Below are positions 1 through 9,894 of a DNA stretch of 64,000 bases, piece by piece. A program made the position numbers and the translations under genes. The number at the start of each line of letters is the position of its first letter. Positions within the stretch are counted from its first letter, which is position 1. This stretch comes from a virus (Duplodnaviria > Caudoviricetes): positions 231-64,230 of IMG/VR virus record IMGVR_UViG_3300036770_003925. One strand, 5' to 3'. Below the pieces are notes generated by a model. That model made no database searches, was not told where the DNA came from, and worked only from the letters and a program-made list of their open reading frames with translations.

Positions 1-2
1 CT

Positions 3-848
3 AATGATAAAGACGCAGCCACAGTGACACAATGGGAACAAGAGAATCCTGATAGACTTTGGGTTACTGTTAATGGTTACAGAGTTCCATCAAGTAAATT
101 ACGCCTGAACCAAAATAATAATTTAAGTATTTTAATGCCCATAGATCAAGGTGATCAAGTAATTGTTACAAGTATGATACCTACAGCTACACCAAATGAA
201 GAAGTTTATATGTTAAATGTCAATCAAATTAACGAACCTGAAGTATTTAAGACCAATGTTTATACAAAAACGTGGGTAACTCAGAATGTTTATCAATTAA
301 TTGATACAATTTATGTTGACGATGTTCGTAAAATTACATATGAATTTGTTCAAAATGAAACTGCTCCAATACCAATTGATGACAGATATTCAATTGGATT
401 GATAGCAAATAAGAGAGCTATTGCAAGTATTACAGTTTATAATGAAACTAAAAATGTATTATTAAACGAACAAACATACTATGTTGAACTTGAAAGATTA
501 AGTCCAGTATTAAAGATTATTACAGGATCATTTATAAGCCCAGGTGATAGTTTAGTGATTACCACATTGCAGGGCAATTTAATCTATATCAACGGGGAAC
601 AAATACAATTTGATACGGTTAATATCGCTGATAACTCAATTAGTGGTTTAGTAAGAGGATCTAACGGAACTGGGGAACAATCAATCATACCAAAATATAG
701 TGAGGTATATGGACTTTTGAATAGCAGTATTATGTCAGAAAATAATTATGATGATACATGGAATTCTGATAATTATAATGTAATAGAGGGTGATCCATTA
801 CAAATAAGTACGACTAATGCAGCATTGTTCTTAAGAAGTACTCTATAA
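3..848 (+). CDS. C-terminal part of a large virion structural protein (baseplate-wedge-like), truncated by window start
   Basis: Frame is open from nt 3. Beta-rich N/T/I composition; lies directly upstream of baseplate/tail-fibre-like genes. Confidence 0.55.
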   Translation, partial: NDKDAATVTQWEQENPDRLWVTVNGYRVPSSKLRLNQNNNLSILMPIDQGDQVIVTSMIPTATPNEEVYMLNVNQINEPEVFKTNVYTKTWVTQNVYQLIDTIYVDDVRKITYEFVQNETAPIPIDDRYSIGLIANKRAIASITVYNETKNVLLNEQTYYVELERLSPVLKIITGSFISPGDSLVITTLQGNLIYINGEQIQFDTVNIADNSISGLVRGSNGTGEQSIIPKYSEVYGLLNSSIMSENNYDDTWNSDNYNVIEGDPLQISTTNAALFLRSTL

Positions 849-879
849 ACTGGATATACAGATAATGATAAATAAAAAT

Positions 880-1023
880 ATGACTAATAAAAATGATAAA
901 AAAGTAAAACCTACACCTGTGAAACAGCCAAATGAGGTTGGTGGATTTTATTTTTCTAGTAATATCAAGATTTTTGATCCAAACACCAAGCAAATTTTGG
1001 TTAAAAAAAGAGGTGACCTCTAA
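880..1023 (+). CDS. small late protein (47 aa, MTNKNDKKVKPTP...KIFDPNTKQILVKKRGDL), not in ORF track
   Basis: ATG 5 nt after TAAATA; stop overlaps next ATG (TAATG); shares KIFDPN motif with the downstream gene. Confidence 0.65.
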   Translation: MTNKNDKKVKPTPVKQPNEVGGFYFSSNIKIFDPNTKQILVKKRGDL

Positions 1024-1643
1024 TGTCTGTGATTACAGTATCGTATAAAGTAGAAGGATTTCTTAAGATTTTTGACCCTAATTCGGGTGAAACATTCGTG
1101 GATAAACATAATGCTATTAATTATGAAAACATGAGTGAAGCGATTGCAGATACCTTAAGTGGAAGAGGTTATGGGGAAATCTTTCAAATGGCATTTGGAA
1201 ATGGCGGTGCCAGTGTAGATGAAACCGGTGTTATAACTTATTTGCCACCAAATGTAGTAGGACAGAATGCAGCACTATATAATCAAACTTATGAAAAGAT
1301 TGTTGACGATACCAGCGTGTTAAACCCTGACCCAACGAGAAATAAAATGACAGTGTTACATACACCAGGTAGATTTTACACAGATATTCTAGTGCAGTGT
1401 TTATTAGATTACGGAGAGCCACCTGGACAAGCAGCATTTGATAATAGTACACAAACAGACGGGGAGTATGTGTTTGATGAGTTGGGGTTATTAGCTAATT
1501 ATGGTACTGATATAAATGGGCAAATAATTACTAGGTTATTGACTCATGTTATATTTCATCCAGTACAAAAAGCATTAAACAGACAGATTCAAATAGATTA
1601 TACGGTACGAATACAAAGCTTAACCAACTTAGTAACAATTTAA
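1023..1643 (+). CDS. baseplate/tail-associated structural protein
   Basis: MAFGNGG, FDELGL and LLTHVIFHPVQK-x-LNR-x-IQIDYTVRI motifs typical of myovirus baseplate/tail-fibre attachment proteins. Confidence 0.6.
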   Translation: MSVITVSYKVEGFLKIFDPNSGETFVDKHNAINYENMSEAIADTLSGRGYGEIFQMAFGNGGASVDETGVITYLPPNVVGQNAALYNQTYEKIVDDTSVLNPDPTRNKMTVLHTPGRFYTDILVQCLLDYGEPPGQAAFDNSTQTDGEYVFDELGLLANYGTDINGQIITRLLTHVIFHPVQKALNRQIQIDYTVRIQSLTNLVTI

Positions 1644-1674
1644 GATAAATAAAATTAACGGAGAGTAACAGAAC

Positions 1675-2922
1675 ATGGCATATACAATCGTTAAAAGTAA
1701 TGGTACAACACTAACGACCATTGCCGACGGTACTATTAATACAACAAGTACATCGTTAGGATTACCAGGACGTAATTACGCAGGATATGGACAAACACTT
1801 GATACAAACTTTGTTCATATACTTGAAAATTTTGCAGATACTACACCCCCTGCTAACCCATTGCAAGGTCAACTATGGTATAACACAAATACAGGAACAT
1901 TGTTAGTTTGTCCAACAGATGGAGAAACGAGTGCATCAAATTGGTTGACGCTTACCGCAACCGCTAGTGGTGGAACAACGACATTTGGTTCTGTGGATGT
2001 TACAGGAAATATTACAGCAGGTAATGTATATGCAAATGCTGGAACAATAGGTGGAAATCAAGGAACGTTTTTTGATTTAACAGTTTCAAATCTAGCGACT
2101 CTTGGCAATATTACATCAACAGGGACTGCTAATCTAGGAACTTTAAGGACTAGCGCAATTACTACAGCAGCAGGAACTGCTACTAGTGCAGGTACATTGT
2201 CAGGAATTTGGACAGTAAGTGGTGGCGATGGTACTAGTAAAGCCAATGCAGTGATTTTTAATTCAGGTGGCATTTATATTAGTAATTCAGCAGGGGCAAA
2301 TTTATATGGTATAAAAACTGATTTATATATGTATGCAAATGGAGACCCTGTTTCATTTGCAGGTACGTATTCTAATTCTAACGTACAAAGTTATTTACCA
2401 ACGTATGGTGGCGTTGTTTTAGCAAGTTCTGTTAATGTTCAATCAGGTGGAACGCTTACTACAGGTGGAAGTTCAGCACCAGGAACAATAACTGGTAATT
2501 GGACTTTGAGTGCTAATTCAAGATTACAAGCAACATATGCTGACTTAGCAGAACGTTTTGAAAGTGATACAGATTATGACCCAGGTACTGTTGTAGAACT
2601 TGGTGGAGAAAAAGAAATTACTGCGGTGAAGTTTGAATTAAGCGACGATATTTTCGGCGTGATTTCAAATACTGCTGCATATCTAATGAATTCAGGTGCG
2701 GGTAGTGACAAAACACATCCTCCAGTAGCAGTAAGTGGTCGTGTTCAAGTTAAAGTAACAGGTAAAGTTAAAAAAGGAGATAGATTAGTCAGTGCAGGTA
2801 ATGGTATTGCACGAGCCGCCAGTAAGAATGAAGCAACAGCATTTAATACTATAGGTAGGTCATTAATTAACAAACTTGATGATGAAGTTGGATATGTTGA
2901 AGCAATCGTAAGTATTAGGTAA
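1675..2922 (+). CDS. tail fibre/baseplate-anchored fibre protein
   Basis: N-terminal MAYTI...G-x-NYAGYG...NFVHILENFA...P-x-QGQLWY, G/T/S/N-rich shaft, C-terminal ATYADLAE...GRV-x-VKV domain common in large-phage fibres. Confidence 0.7.
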   Translation: MAYTIVKSNGTTLTTIADGTINTTSTSLGLPGRNYAGYGQTLDTNFVHILENFADTTPPANPLQGQLWYNTNTGTLLVCPTDGETSASNWLTLTATASGGTTTFGSVDVTGNITAGNVYANAGTIGGNQGTFFDLTVSNLATLGNITSTGTANLGTLRTSAITTAAGTATSAGTLSGIWTVSGGDGTSKANAVIFNSGGIYISNSAGANLYGIKTDLYMYANGDPVSFAGTYSNSNVQSYLPTYGGVVLASSVNVQSGGTLTTGGSSAPGTITGNWTLSANSRLQATYADLAERFESDTDYDPGTVVELGGEKEITAVKFELSDDIFGVISNTAAYLMNSGAGSDKTHPPVAVSGRVQVKVTGKVKKGDRLVSAGNGIARAASKNEATAFNTIGRSLINKLDDEVGYVEAIVSIR

Positions 2923-2927
2923 TAAAC

Positions 2928-3878
2928 ATGACATACGCACAATATGGCACAGTCCAAGTCACTGATTATAACGACTTAATTGGTACTAATCCAAACACTA
3001 CATCTGGTAAATTGAACACAGTATGGTCAACAGGTGGGGGAACTACTGGTTATGGACAAACAGCAATAGCCACACTTACAGCAGGAGATAGTGTAACAAG
3101 CACTCAATGGGCTACCTTAGTCAATACAACTGCTAGTGCTGCATCACATCAAGGCTCCACTATCACAAGTGTAACTGCCCCAGTAACTGGTGGTACAATT
3201 ACATATCTATCTGCTATTCCTACTAATCTTACTACAATTTATACTAATCGTTTAAATGCTAGTGCACAAGGATCAACAACATCAAATACTGCTACACGTG
3301 GTACAGCTTGGTCTGATTCATTGACATTTACTCATACTGCAACTTTTGCCAATGGTGATGCGGCTAGATACTTTTTTAATGCAGGTGGACAATTAGCTAT
3401 TACTGTATCTCACCCCAATGGTTCGGGTGTTGATTTATTATTTAACAATTTAGCGAGTAATGTAGGTACTGTTGTATTAAGCGCACCCACTAGTGGTAGT
3501 ATAACTGTATCTAGTACCTCATATAATGGGGTAACTAAAGTAGGTGGCGGTGGCAATTCTCCTACTATAAGTCAAAATAATGGTTATTATGCATTGACAA
3601 CAGGAAATGCTACGGTATTTACACAAACTGCAAGTACAGGTCCAAGTAGCTATTTAAGTAGTTTTATACGTGTTATTGTTAAGTCAAACGGAACACAAGG
3701 ATCAAATAGTGATGCAGGTAGTATAATTACAATTTATACAGTTTGGGATGAAGTTCCAAATGGACTAACAGTTTCTTCAGGGTCAGCTACGACCCTTACC
3801 GCAAGACCTCCATCAATAACTAATATAGCAAATACTTGGGGCACAATCACACTTGCGGGATCAGTGACAGGATCTTAA
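2928..3878 (+). CDS. virion structural (fibre-like) protein
   Basis: T/S/G-rich; GYGQ and ARYFFNAGG motifs seen in phage fibre-associated proteins; follows the fibre gene. Confidence 0.6.
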   Translation: MTYAQYGTVQVTDYNDLIGTNPNTTSGKLNTVWSTGGGTTGYGQTAIATLTAGDSVTSTQWATLVNTTASAASHQGSTITSVTAPVTGGTITYLSAIPTNLTTIYTNRLNASAQGSTTSNTATRGTAWSDSLTFTHTATFANGDAARYFFNAGGQLAITVSHPNGSGVDLLFNNLASNVGTVVLSAPTSGSITVSSTSYNGVTKVGGGGNSPTISQNNGYYALTTGNATVFTQTASTGPSSYLSSFIRVIVKSNGTQGSNSDAGSIITIYTVWDEVPNGLTVSSGSATTLTARPPSITNIANTWGTITLAGSVTGS

Positions 3879-3893
3879 TTTTAATACATGTAA

Positions 3894-3931
3894 TATCTAT
3901 CTAAATACTCACAGGAGTGTTTAGATGGATA
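3894..3931 (+). promoter_or_regulatory. late promoter (TAAATA) inside a 17-bp hairpin that sequesters the SD and ATG of the next gene
   Basis: tatctatctaaatactc-acag-gagtgtttagatggata pairs fully, with 2 G-U pairs. Confidence 0.65.
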
Positions 3932-4236
3932 CGAATCTTTTAATAAGTCAAGCAAAAGCAAGATTTAGCCATAATGCTGCTAAAGCAGCACTACAAGAAA
4001 AATATAATGCAAAATTAATTATAGCGGAACAAGGCGGGCTTTGGAAAGCCGATAAAGAAACAATTAATTTTTTGTATCATTCACATTTAATACAAACAGA
4101 AATAGTATTGATGGATACTTTCAATAATCCAGTTAAAGTAAATACTTTGGAATTATATCAAAAACTATTCAAAGTTTATAATAATGTAATGAATGAATGG
4201 TATGACGAATATATTCAATTAGAGACTAAAAAATGA
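3925..4236 (+). CDS. hypothetical protein (first gene of modification operon)
   Basis: ORF with SD (aggag); overlaps next gene. Confidence 0.6.
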   Translation: MDTNLLISQAKARFSHNAAKAALQEKYNAKLIIAEQGGLWKADKETINFLYHSHLIQTEIVLMDTFNNPVKVNTLELYQKLFKVYNNVMNEWYDEYIQLETKK

Positions 4237-5033
4237 GTAAAGGAGTGTTACTCTTTGCACATAACACCCCAAAATATAATTATCTAAAAATGGCTGTGTT
4301 TTGTGCAAATAGAATCAAACATTTTTTAGGTTTACCTATTACAGTAATCACTGACGTTGAATCTACAACAAATTGTGATACTAGCATTTTTGATAACATC
4401 ATTTATTCTATACCTAATAAAACTAATAAAAAAGAGAAAGAAGTTTGGATTAATAAAGATAGATTTAAGGCATATGAGTTAAGTCCATATGATGAAACTA
4501 TTCTACTAGATGTTGACTATGTAGTTAACAGCGATAAGCTACTTAAAACCTTTGATATTGTTGAAGATATTTGTGTGCATAATAACACAGAGTTTGTAAT
4601 GAGTCCTAAATTGCCTCAAGAAATGATTAGCTCTTATAGTTTCAAAACATGTTGGGCAACGGTTATTACTTTTAAAAAAACATTAAAGGCAAAACAAGTA
4701 TTCGAATGTATGAAAATGATACAAGAAAATTATAACCACTATGCGAACATTTATAATTTTGTTGCAGGTACTTTTAGAAATGATTATGCCGTAAGTATTG
4801 GTCTACAAATTGTAAATGGACATTTACAAAATCCTGTAGATTTTATTCCATGGAATCTATATCATGTGGGTAAACTGACTTCGGTGTATAAAAATAATGA
4901 TTCTACACTATGTGATGAATTTTTAGTTATACATGATAATTGGAAAAATAATAAGATTAAGAAAGAATATATTATCTTAAAAAATATAGATTTTCATGTA
5001 ATCAATAAAGACAATTTTGTGGAACTGTTATAA
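4233..5033 (+). CDS. glycosyltransferase (GT-A fold, GT8-like)
   Basis: SPYDETILLDVDY DxD motif, FRNDYA, terminal HV-x-NK. Confidence 0.7.
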   Translation: MSKGVLLFAHNTPKYNYLKMAVFCANRIKHFLGLPITVITDVESTTNCDTSIFDNIIYSIPNKTNKKEKEVWINKDRFKAYELSPYDETILLDVDYVVNSDKLLKTFDIVEDICVHNNTEFVMSPKLPQEMISSYSFKTCWATVITFKKTLKAKQVFECMKMIQENYNHYANIYNFVAGTFRNDYAVSIGLQIVNGHLQNPVDFIPWNLYHVGKLTSVYKNNDSTLCDEFLVIHDNWKNNKIKKEYIILKNIDFHVINKDNFVELL

Positions 5034-5833
5034 TGGATAAAGGGTTTGTAATATTAGCTCAAAATACAGAAAAAGTTGATTATGTAAAATGTGCAGATGC
5101 ACTTGCGTTGAGCATTAAAAAACATATGCCTAACGCAAAGGTTTCATTAATAACAGATAATATAGTAAACAATAGAATATATCATAAAATAATTCCTTTA
5201 CCATACGGTGATTTGGGTAAGGATAGTGATTGGAAACTTATTAATGATTATCAAGTATATGAAGCAAGCCCTTATGAGTACACTATAAAATTAGAAGCGG
5301 ATATGTTTATTCCTAAATCAATAGATTATTGGTGGGAAATTTTAAAGTCAAGAGATATAGTAATTTCTACTACCATACGAAATTTCAAACAAGAAATTAG
5401 TGACATAAAAGTGTACAGAAGATTTATTTACGACAATGACCTACCCGATACCTATAATGCTATAACTTATTTTAAGAAATCCAATATAGCAAAAGATTTC
5501 TTTGATATTGTCAAAAATGTTTTTGTTAATTGGGAATCTTACAAACAAATTTTAAAATGTAATGTTAATGAAATCGCAACAACGGATTTTATATATGCAA
5601 TAGCAAGTCATATTATTGGGGTTGAAAAAACTACATTACCTACTTTTACAGATATGTCTATGGTACATATGAAACCTTTTATCAGTGAATTTAACAGTGA
5701 TAAATGGAGCGATGTTTTAATTTATGAACTAAGCGATATAATAAAGATTAATACTCACCCTCAATTATATCCACTTCATTACGTAGACAAAACTTTTGCA
5801 AATAAATTGTTAGAAAAATATGGAAACACATGA
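5033..5833 (+). CDS. glycosyltransferase-like protein (GT8-like, paralog of previous)
   Basis: SPYEYTIKLEADM (ExD variant), TDFIYAIA, HY-x-DK. Confidence 0.65.
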   Translation: MDKGFVILAQNTEKVDYVKCADALALSIKKHMPNAKVSLITDNIVNNRIYHKIIPLPYGDLGKDSDWKLINDYQVYEASPYEYTIKLEADMFIPKSIDYWWEILKSRDIVISTTIRNFKQEISDIKVYRRFIYDNDLPDTYNAITYFKKSNIAKDFFDIVKNVFVNWESYKQILKCNVNEIATTDFIYAIASHIIGVEKTTLPTFTDMSMVHMKPFISEFNSDKWSDVLIYELSDIIKINTHPQLYPLHYVDKTFANKLLEKYGNT

Positions 5834-6161
5834 TCATGTAATTATTTGGGAAGCCCCAAAGATTGAAAAGCCCGAATTTCGTTTATATTATGATGACAAC
5901 GGTAAAGTAATATGTTATACTTGTGATAAGTTACCAGGTAAATATATAATTATTGACGCGGCTACGTTTGCAGAATCAAGACCTGACGTTAGAGTATTAG
6001 AAGGAAAACTAGTTAGGACTTCAGAAATTCAAGTAATTAGTAAGTTAGTTCCGTCACTAGATTCACCTACCGTATATTGCCATGAAGATGATATTGCTAT
6101 TATTGTGAGCATGGATTGTAAACAAAAGAAAGGATGGAAATATAAAACATATGAGTTGTGA
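5820..6161 (+). CDS. hypothetical protein
   Basis: Translationally coupled ORF within the operon. Confidence 0.55.
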   Translation: METHDHVIIWEAPKIEKPEFRLYYDDNGKVICYTCDKLPGKYIIIDAATFAESRPDVRVLEGKLVRTSEIQVISKLVPSLDSPTVYCHEDDIAIIVSMDCKQKKGWKYKTYEL

Positions 6162-7101
6162 TATTATTGATGTTGCTGATTTAGATTGTATCTATTTGAG
6201 TTATGACGAACCTCAAAAAGAAGAATTTTGGCTAAAGATTAAGAACATGATTCCATGGGCAAAACGTGTAGATGGTGTTAAAGGTAGTGATGCTGCACAT
6301 AAAGCTGCAGGAGAAGCTAGTGACACTGAACGTTTTATATTAATTGATGGCGATAACATGCCAGAGGAAAGTTTTTTTAATATCCAATTAGATTTTACAG
6401 GATTAGATAAAAACTATAAATTAGCACAATTTCGTTGGAAGGCAATTAATCATATTAATGGATTACGATATGGCAATGGAGGCATGAGTAGTTGGACAAA
6501 AGAATATGTTGCTAATATGAAAACGCATGAAAACCAAAATGAAGGTGATGTTTCACGTATTGCTGATTTTTGTTTAAACTCTAGTGATAACTTATATTGG
6601 GCTATGTATGATTGTTATAGTACAACTTATCCTAATTACACACCTTTTCAAGCTTGGCGTGCAGGATTCCGTGAGGGTGTTAAGATGTGTTTAGATAGAG
6701 GTTCTGTTCCTACTATTGATAAGTTCAAGGATAACGTGTCCAGTAGAAATTTAAATAACTTAACTATTTGGCACAATGTTGGTATGGATGTTGAGAATGG
6801 AAGTTGGGCTATATATGGTGCGAGATTGGGTACCTATATGACAATATTAACAGATTGGGACGTACATAACGTTCAATGGTTTGATAATTATATTAGTATG
6901 TGGGAAGAATATAAAGATAAAGATCCTGAACGTGAATTAACAATACTAGGATTACCATTAAGTGATAAATTAGGTTTACCTATGTGCACAATGGATAGTG
7001 TACAAAGTAAGTTCTTTAAAAGACATTATAATGCTGACAAATATAATCGCGGACCACTTGTTAGAGAAATGGATATTGTTCGTGAAATGGAAGGTTGGTA
7101 A
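6151..7101 (+). CDS. glycosyltransferase-like protein (GT-A fold)
   Basis: LSYDEP, RVDGVKG...AH, FILIDGD (DxD), GLRYGNGG, AWRAGFREGVKM; homologous to the C-terminal domain of 23026..28677. Confidence 0.6.
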   Translation: MSCDIIDVADLDCIYLSYDEPQKEEFWLKIKNMIPWAKRVDGVKGSDAAHKAAGEASDTERFILIDGDNMPEESFFNIQLDFTGLDKNYKLAQFRWKAINHINGLRYGNGGMSSWTKEYVANMKTHENQNEGDVSRIADFCLNSSDNLYWAMYDCYSTTYPNYTPFQAWRAGFREGVKMCLDRGSVPTIDKFKDNVSSRNLNNLTIWHNVGMDVENGSWAIYGARLGTYMTILTDWDVHNVQWFDNYISMWEEYKDKDPERELTILGLPLSDKLGLPMCTMDSVQSKFFKRHYNADKYNRGPLVREMDIVREMEGW

Positions 7102-8528
7102 TGTCTGATAATATACGAGGAGACGAAGTTAAAAAAGTAGATGGAAAGTTTGCTAGTCTTTATCAACATAGTAGTGAGGAAGTATTTAAAAAACTTAATA
7201 CCGTAAGTTCTAGTTTTTGTTTGGCTAAATGGTTTAATGTAAGTATACATATTCCTACAGGTAGAACACATAGTTGTTATCATCCTCCCACACATGAAAT
7301 ACCATTGCAAGAGGTTAAAATAAACAGCAGTGCGTTACATAATACAACATATAAAAAACAACAACGAAAAATGATGTTGGAGGGAAAACGTCCAAATGAA
7401 TGTAATTTCTGTTGGGAAATAGAAGATACAAGCAATAATTTAAGTGATAGAGCATATCGTAGCAAAGACATATACAAAGAAGGGATTATTGATGAAGCAT
7501 TAAGCTTGGGATACGAGCACAATGCAAAACCAAGATACGTAGAAGTTAATTTTAACCAAGCCTGTAATTTTAAGTGCTCATACTGTAGTCCACATTTATC
7601 GAGTGCCTGGATGCAGGATATTGAAAAAAACGGAGCATTTATTTTAGCTGACCGTTGGCATAATGATATGAATTGGATGAAACAATCAAACATGATGCCT
7701 AATAATAGACCAGACAACCCTTACTTGTTAGCATTTTGGGAGTGGTTACCTACTGTATATTCTAGTATTGAAACATTTAGAATGACAGGTGGCGAACCAT
7801 TAATGGATAAGAATACATTTAAAATGTTTGATTATATCAAAAAAAATCCTAATCCTAAATTACAATTAAGTATTACAAGTAACTGTTGTCCACCAGCCGG
7901 CCAATGGGATAAATTTATGTTAGATTTGAAAGAAATAACTGATTTAGATGCAATTGATCATTTCATGTTATTTTGTAGTTTAGACAGTTGGGGTAAACAA
8001 GCAGAGTATATAAGAAATGGAATGGATTTTGATTTGTTATACAAAAACATTACAAGTTTTTTAAAAAATAGTAATAAACACAGTTTAACATTCATAGTGA
8101 CATTTAATGTACTAAGCTATAATGGTTGGGTAGAATATATTAAACAAATTCATAACTTAAGAAAATCATTTTGCACATATAGACAATTGATATGGTTTGA
8201 TGTTCCAATGTTAAGCACACCTGAATGGTTAAATCCTAAGCTATTTCCAAACCTAGTTGTTGAATTGGATAAATCTATTGAATATATGTTAGAGCATAAA
8301 GAAGACGATCATAATAGATTTAAAGGGTTCAAAGACTTTGAAATAAATAAAGTTAAACGTTTAAAAGATTGGGTATTAGCAGATAATTCTATTGATAAAA
8401 CAACACAACTTAAAAACTTCTACCTATATTGGACCGAGCATGATAAACGCAGAGGTACAAATTTTTTAGAAATATTTCCTGAATTAGTTAATGAATGGGA
8501 ATTATGCAAAAAAACAAATTTTTCATAG
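7095..8528 (+). CDS. radical SAM protein with N-terminal Cys-rich (twitch/SPASM-like) domain; likely start 7101
   Basis: CNFKCSYC (CxxxCxxC), TGGEP, N-terminal C...HSCYH...CNFCW. Confidence 0.85.
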   Translation: MVMSDNIRGDEVKKVDGKFASLYQHSSEEVFKKLNTVSSSFCLAKWFNVSIHIPTGRTHSCYHPPTHEIPLQEVKINSSALHNTTYKKQQRKMMLEGKRPNECNFCWEIEDTSNNLSDRAYRSKDIYKEGIIDEALSLGYEHNAKPRYVEVNFNQACNFKCSYCSPHLSSAWMQDIEKNGAFILADRWHNDMNWMKQSNMMPNNRPDNPYLLAFWEWLPTVYSSIETFRMTGGEPLMDKNTFKMFDYIKKNPNPKLQLSITSNCCPPAGQWDKFMLDLKEITDLDAIDHFMLFCSLDSWGKQAEYIRNGMDFDLLYKNITSFLKNSNKHSLTFIVTFNVLSYNGWVEYIKQIHNLRKSFCTYRQLIWFDVPMLSTPEWLNPKLFPNLVVELDKSIEYMLEHKEDDHNRFKGFKDFEINKVKRLKDWVLADNSIDKTTQLKNFYLYWTEHDKRRGTNFLEIFPELVNEWELCKKTNFS

Positions 8529-9894
8529 GAATGCGATGGATAACAGAGTAACATATATAAAAAGCGTAAGAGATAGACTTAATAAAGTAGGTTCAGGGTT
8601 TTGTACTATGAAGTGGCTACACCAAACCTTGTATTTACATACTGGTGATAATCATAGTTGTTATCATCCTAGACCTCATCATATTCCATTACATGAAATC
8701 CAAGATGATCCTAGCGCATTACATAATACATCTTGGAAAAAACAACAGAGAAAAACAATGCTTGAAGGCGGTAGACCAAGTGAATGTTATTATTGTTGGA
8801 ACATAGAAGATTTACCAGGGGAACATATCAGTGATAGAATGATTCATAGTAGTAGTGATTTTAGTGACCCCTTTATTGAAAAATTAGCTGAAATGCCATG
8901 GGATAGAAATATAAACCCTAGGTATTTAGAAATAAGTTTTGGAAATGGGTGTAATTATCGCTGTGGGTATTGCTGTCCACAAGCCAGTACAATGTGGATG
9001 GAAGAAATTAAAAAACATGGTAACTATGATTTAACATATAATCAGTATGGAATTGAGTTTTTGAAATCAGGAAACTACTATGGCCCTAAAGATGCGAACC
9101 CTTATATTGACGCATTTTGGAAATGGTGGCCCTCATTGAGGCATGATTTACACACCTTGAGAATTACTGGCGGAGAACCATTAATGAATCCGGGTGCTAT
9201 GCAGTTTTTTGATTTATTGGAAACTGAGCCTGCACCAAATTTGGAAATTACACTTAATAGTAATTTAGGAGTTAGTTTCGAAAAGATTGATAGGGTAATT
9301 GAACGTGTAAATTCACTATTAGCAAATAATAAAATACGCAAGTTTAGCTTTTTTACTAGTATAGAAAGTTGGGGTGAGCAAGCAGAATATATGCGTACAG
9401 GTCTTAAATGTGACCATTGGGAAAGAAACATGAAAGCCATTATGACAACTGGAGCAACAATTAATTTAATGTGCACTTTTAATGTTTTATGCGTAACAAA
9501 TTTTGAAAAACTATTACATAAAGTTATTGAATGGCGTAAAGAGTTTGGGAAACATAGTGTGGCATTTGATACTCCTTATTTAAAAGAACCACCGCATTGG
9601 ATGATTAATATTCTTACTGAAGACTTTATGCCACATATGGATAGAAAATTACAATTCATTGAGACTAATCCAGAACACTTTCATGCAGTAGAATTTGAAA
9701 AATTTAAACGAGTTACAAATTATATGAAAGAAAATCCTGTTACAGATGATATGATTAGAAGAGGAAGGAGAGATTTTTACAGTTTCTTTACAGAAAATGA
9801 TAAAAGATTAGGGACTAGTCTTTTAAAAACATTTCCTGAATATACTAATTTTTATTACTTCTGTAAAAATATTTACGATAATTACGATAAATGA
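8491..9894 (+). CDS. radical SAM protein, paralog of 7095..8528; likely start 8536
   Basis: CNYRCGYC, TGGEP, N-terminal HSCYHP...CYYCW. Confidence 0.85.
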   Translation: MNGNYAKKQIFHRNAMDNRVTYIKSVRDRLNKVGSGFCTMKWLHQTLYLHTGDNHSCYHPRPHHIPLHEIQDDPSALHNTSWKKQQRKTMLEGGRPSECYYCWNIEDLPGEHISDRMIHSSSDFSDPFIEKLAEMPWDRNINPRYLEISFGNGCNYRCGYCCPQASTMWMEEIKKHGNYDLTYNQYGIEFLKSGNYYGPKDANPYIDAFWKWWPSLRHDLHTLRITGGEPLMNPGAMQFFDLLETEPAPNLEITLNSNLGVSFEKIDRVIERVNSLLANNKIRKFSFFTSIESWGEQAEYMRTGLKCDHWERNMKAIMTTGATINLMCTFNVLCVTNFEKLLHKVIEWRKEFGKHSVAFDTPYLKEPPHWMINILTEDFMPHMDRKLQFIETNPEHFHAVEFEKFKRVTNYMKENPVTDDMIRRGRRDFYSFFTENDKRLGTSLLKTFPEYTNFYYFCKNIYDNYDK

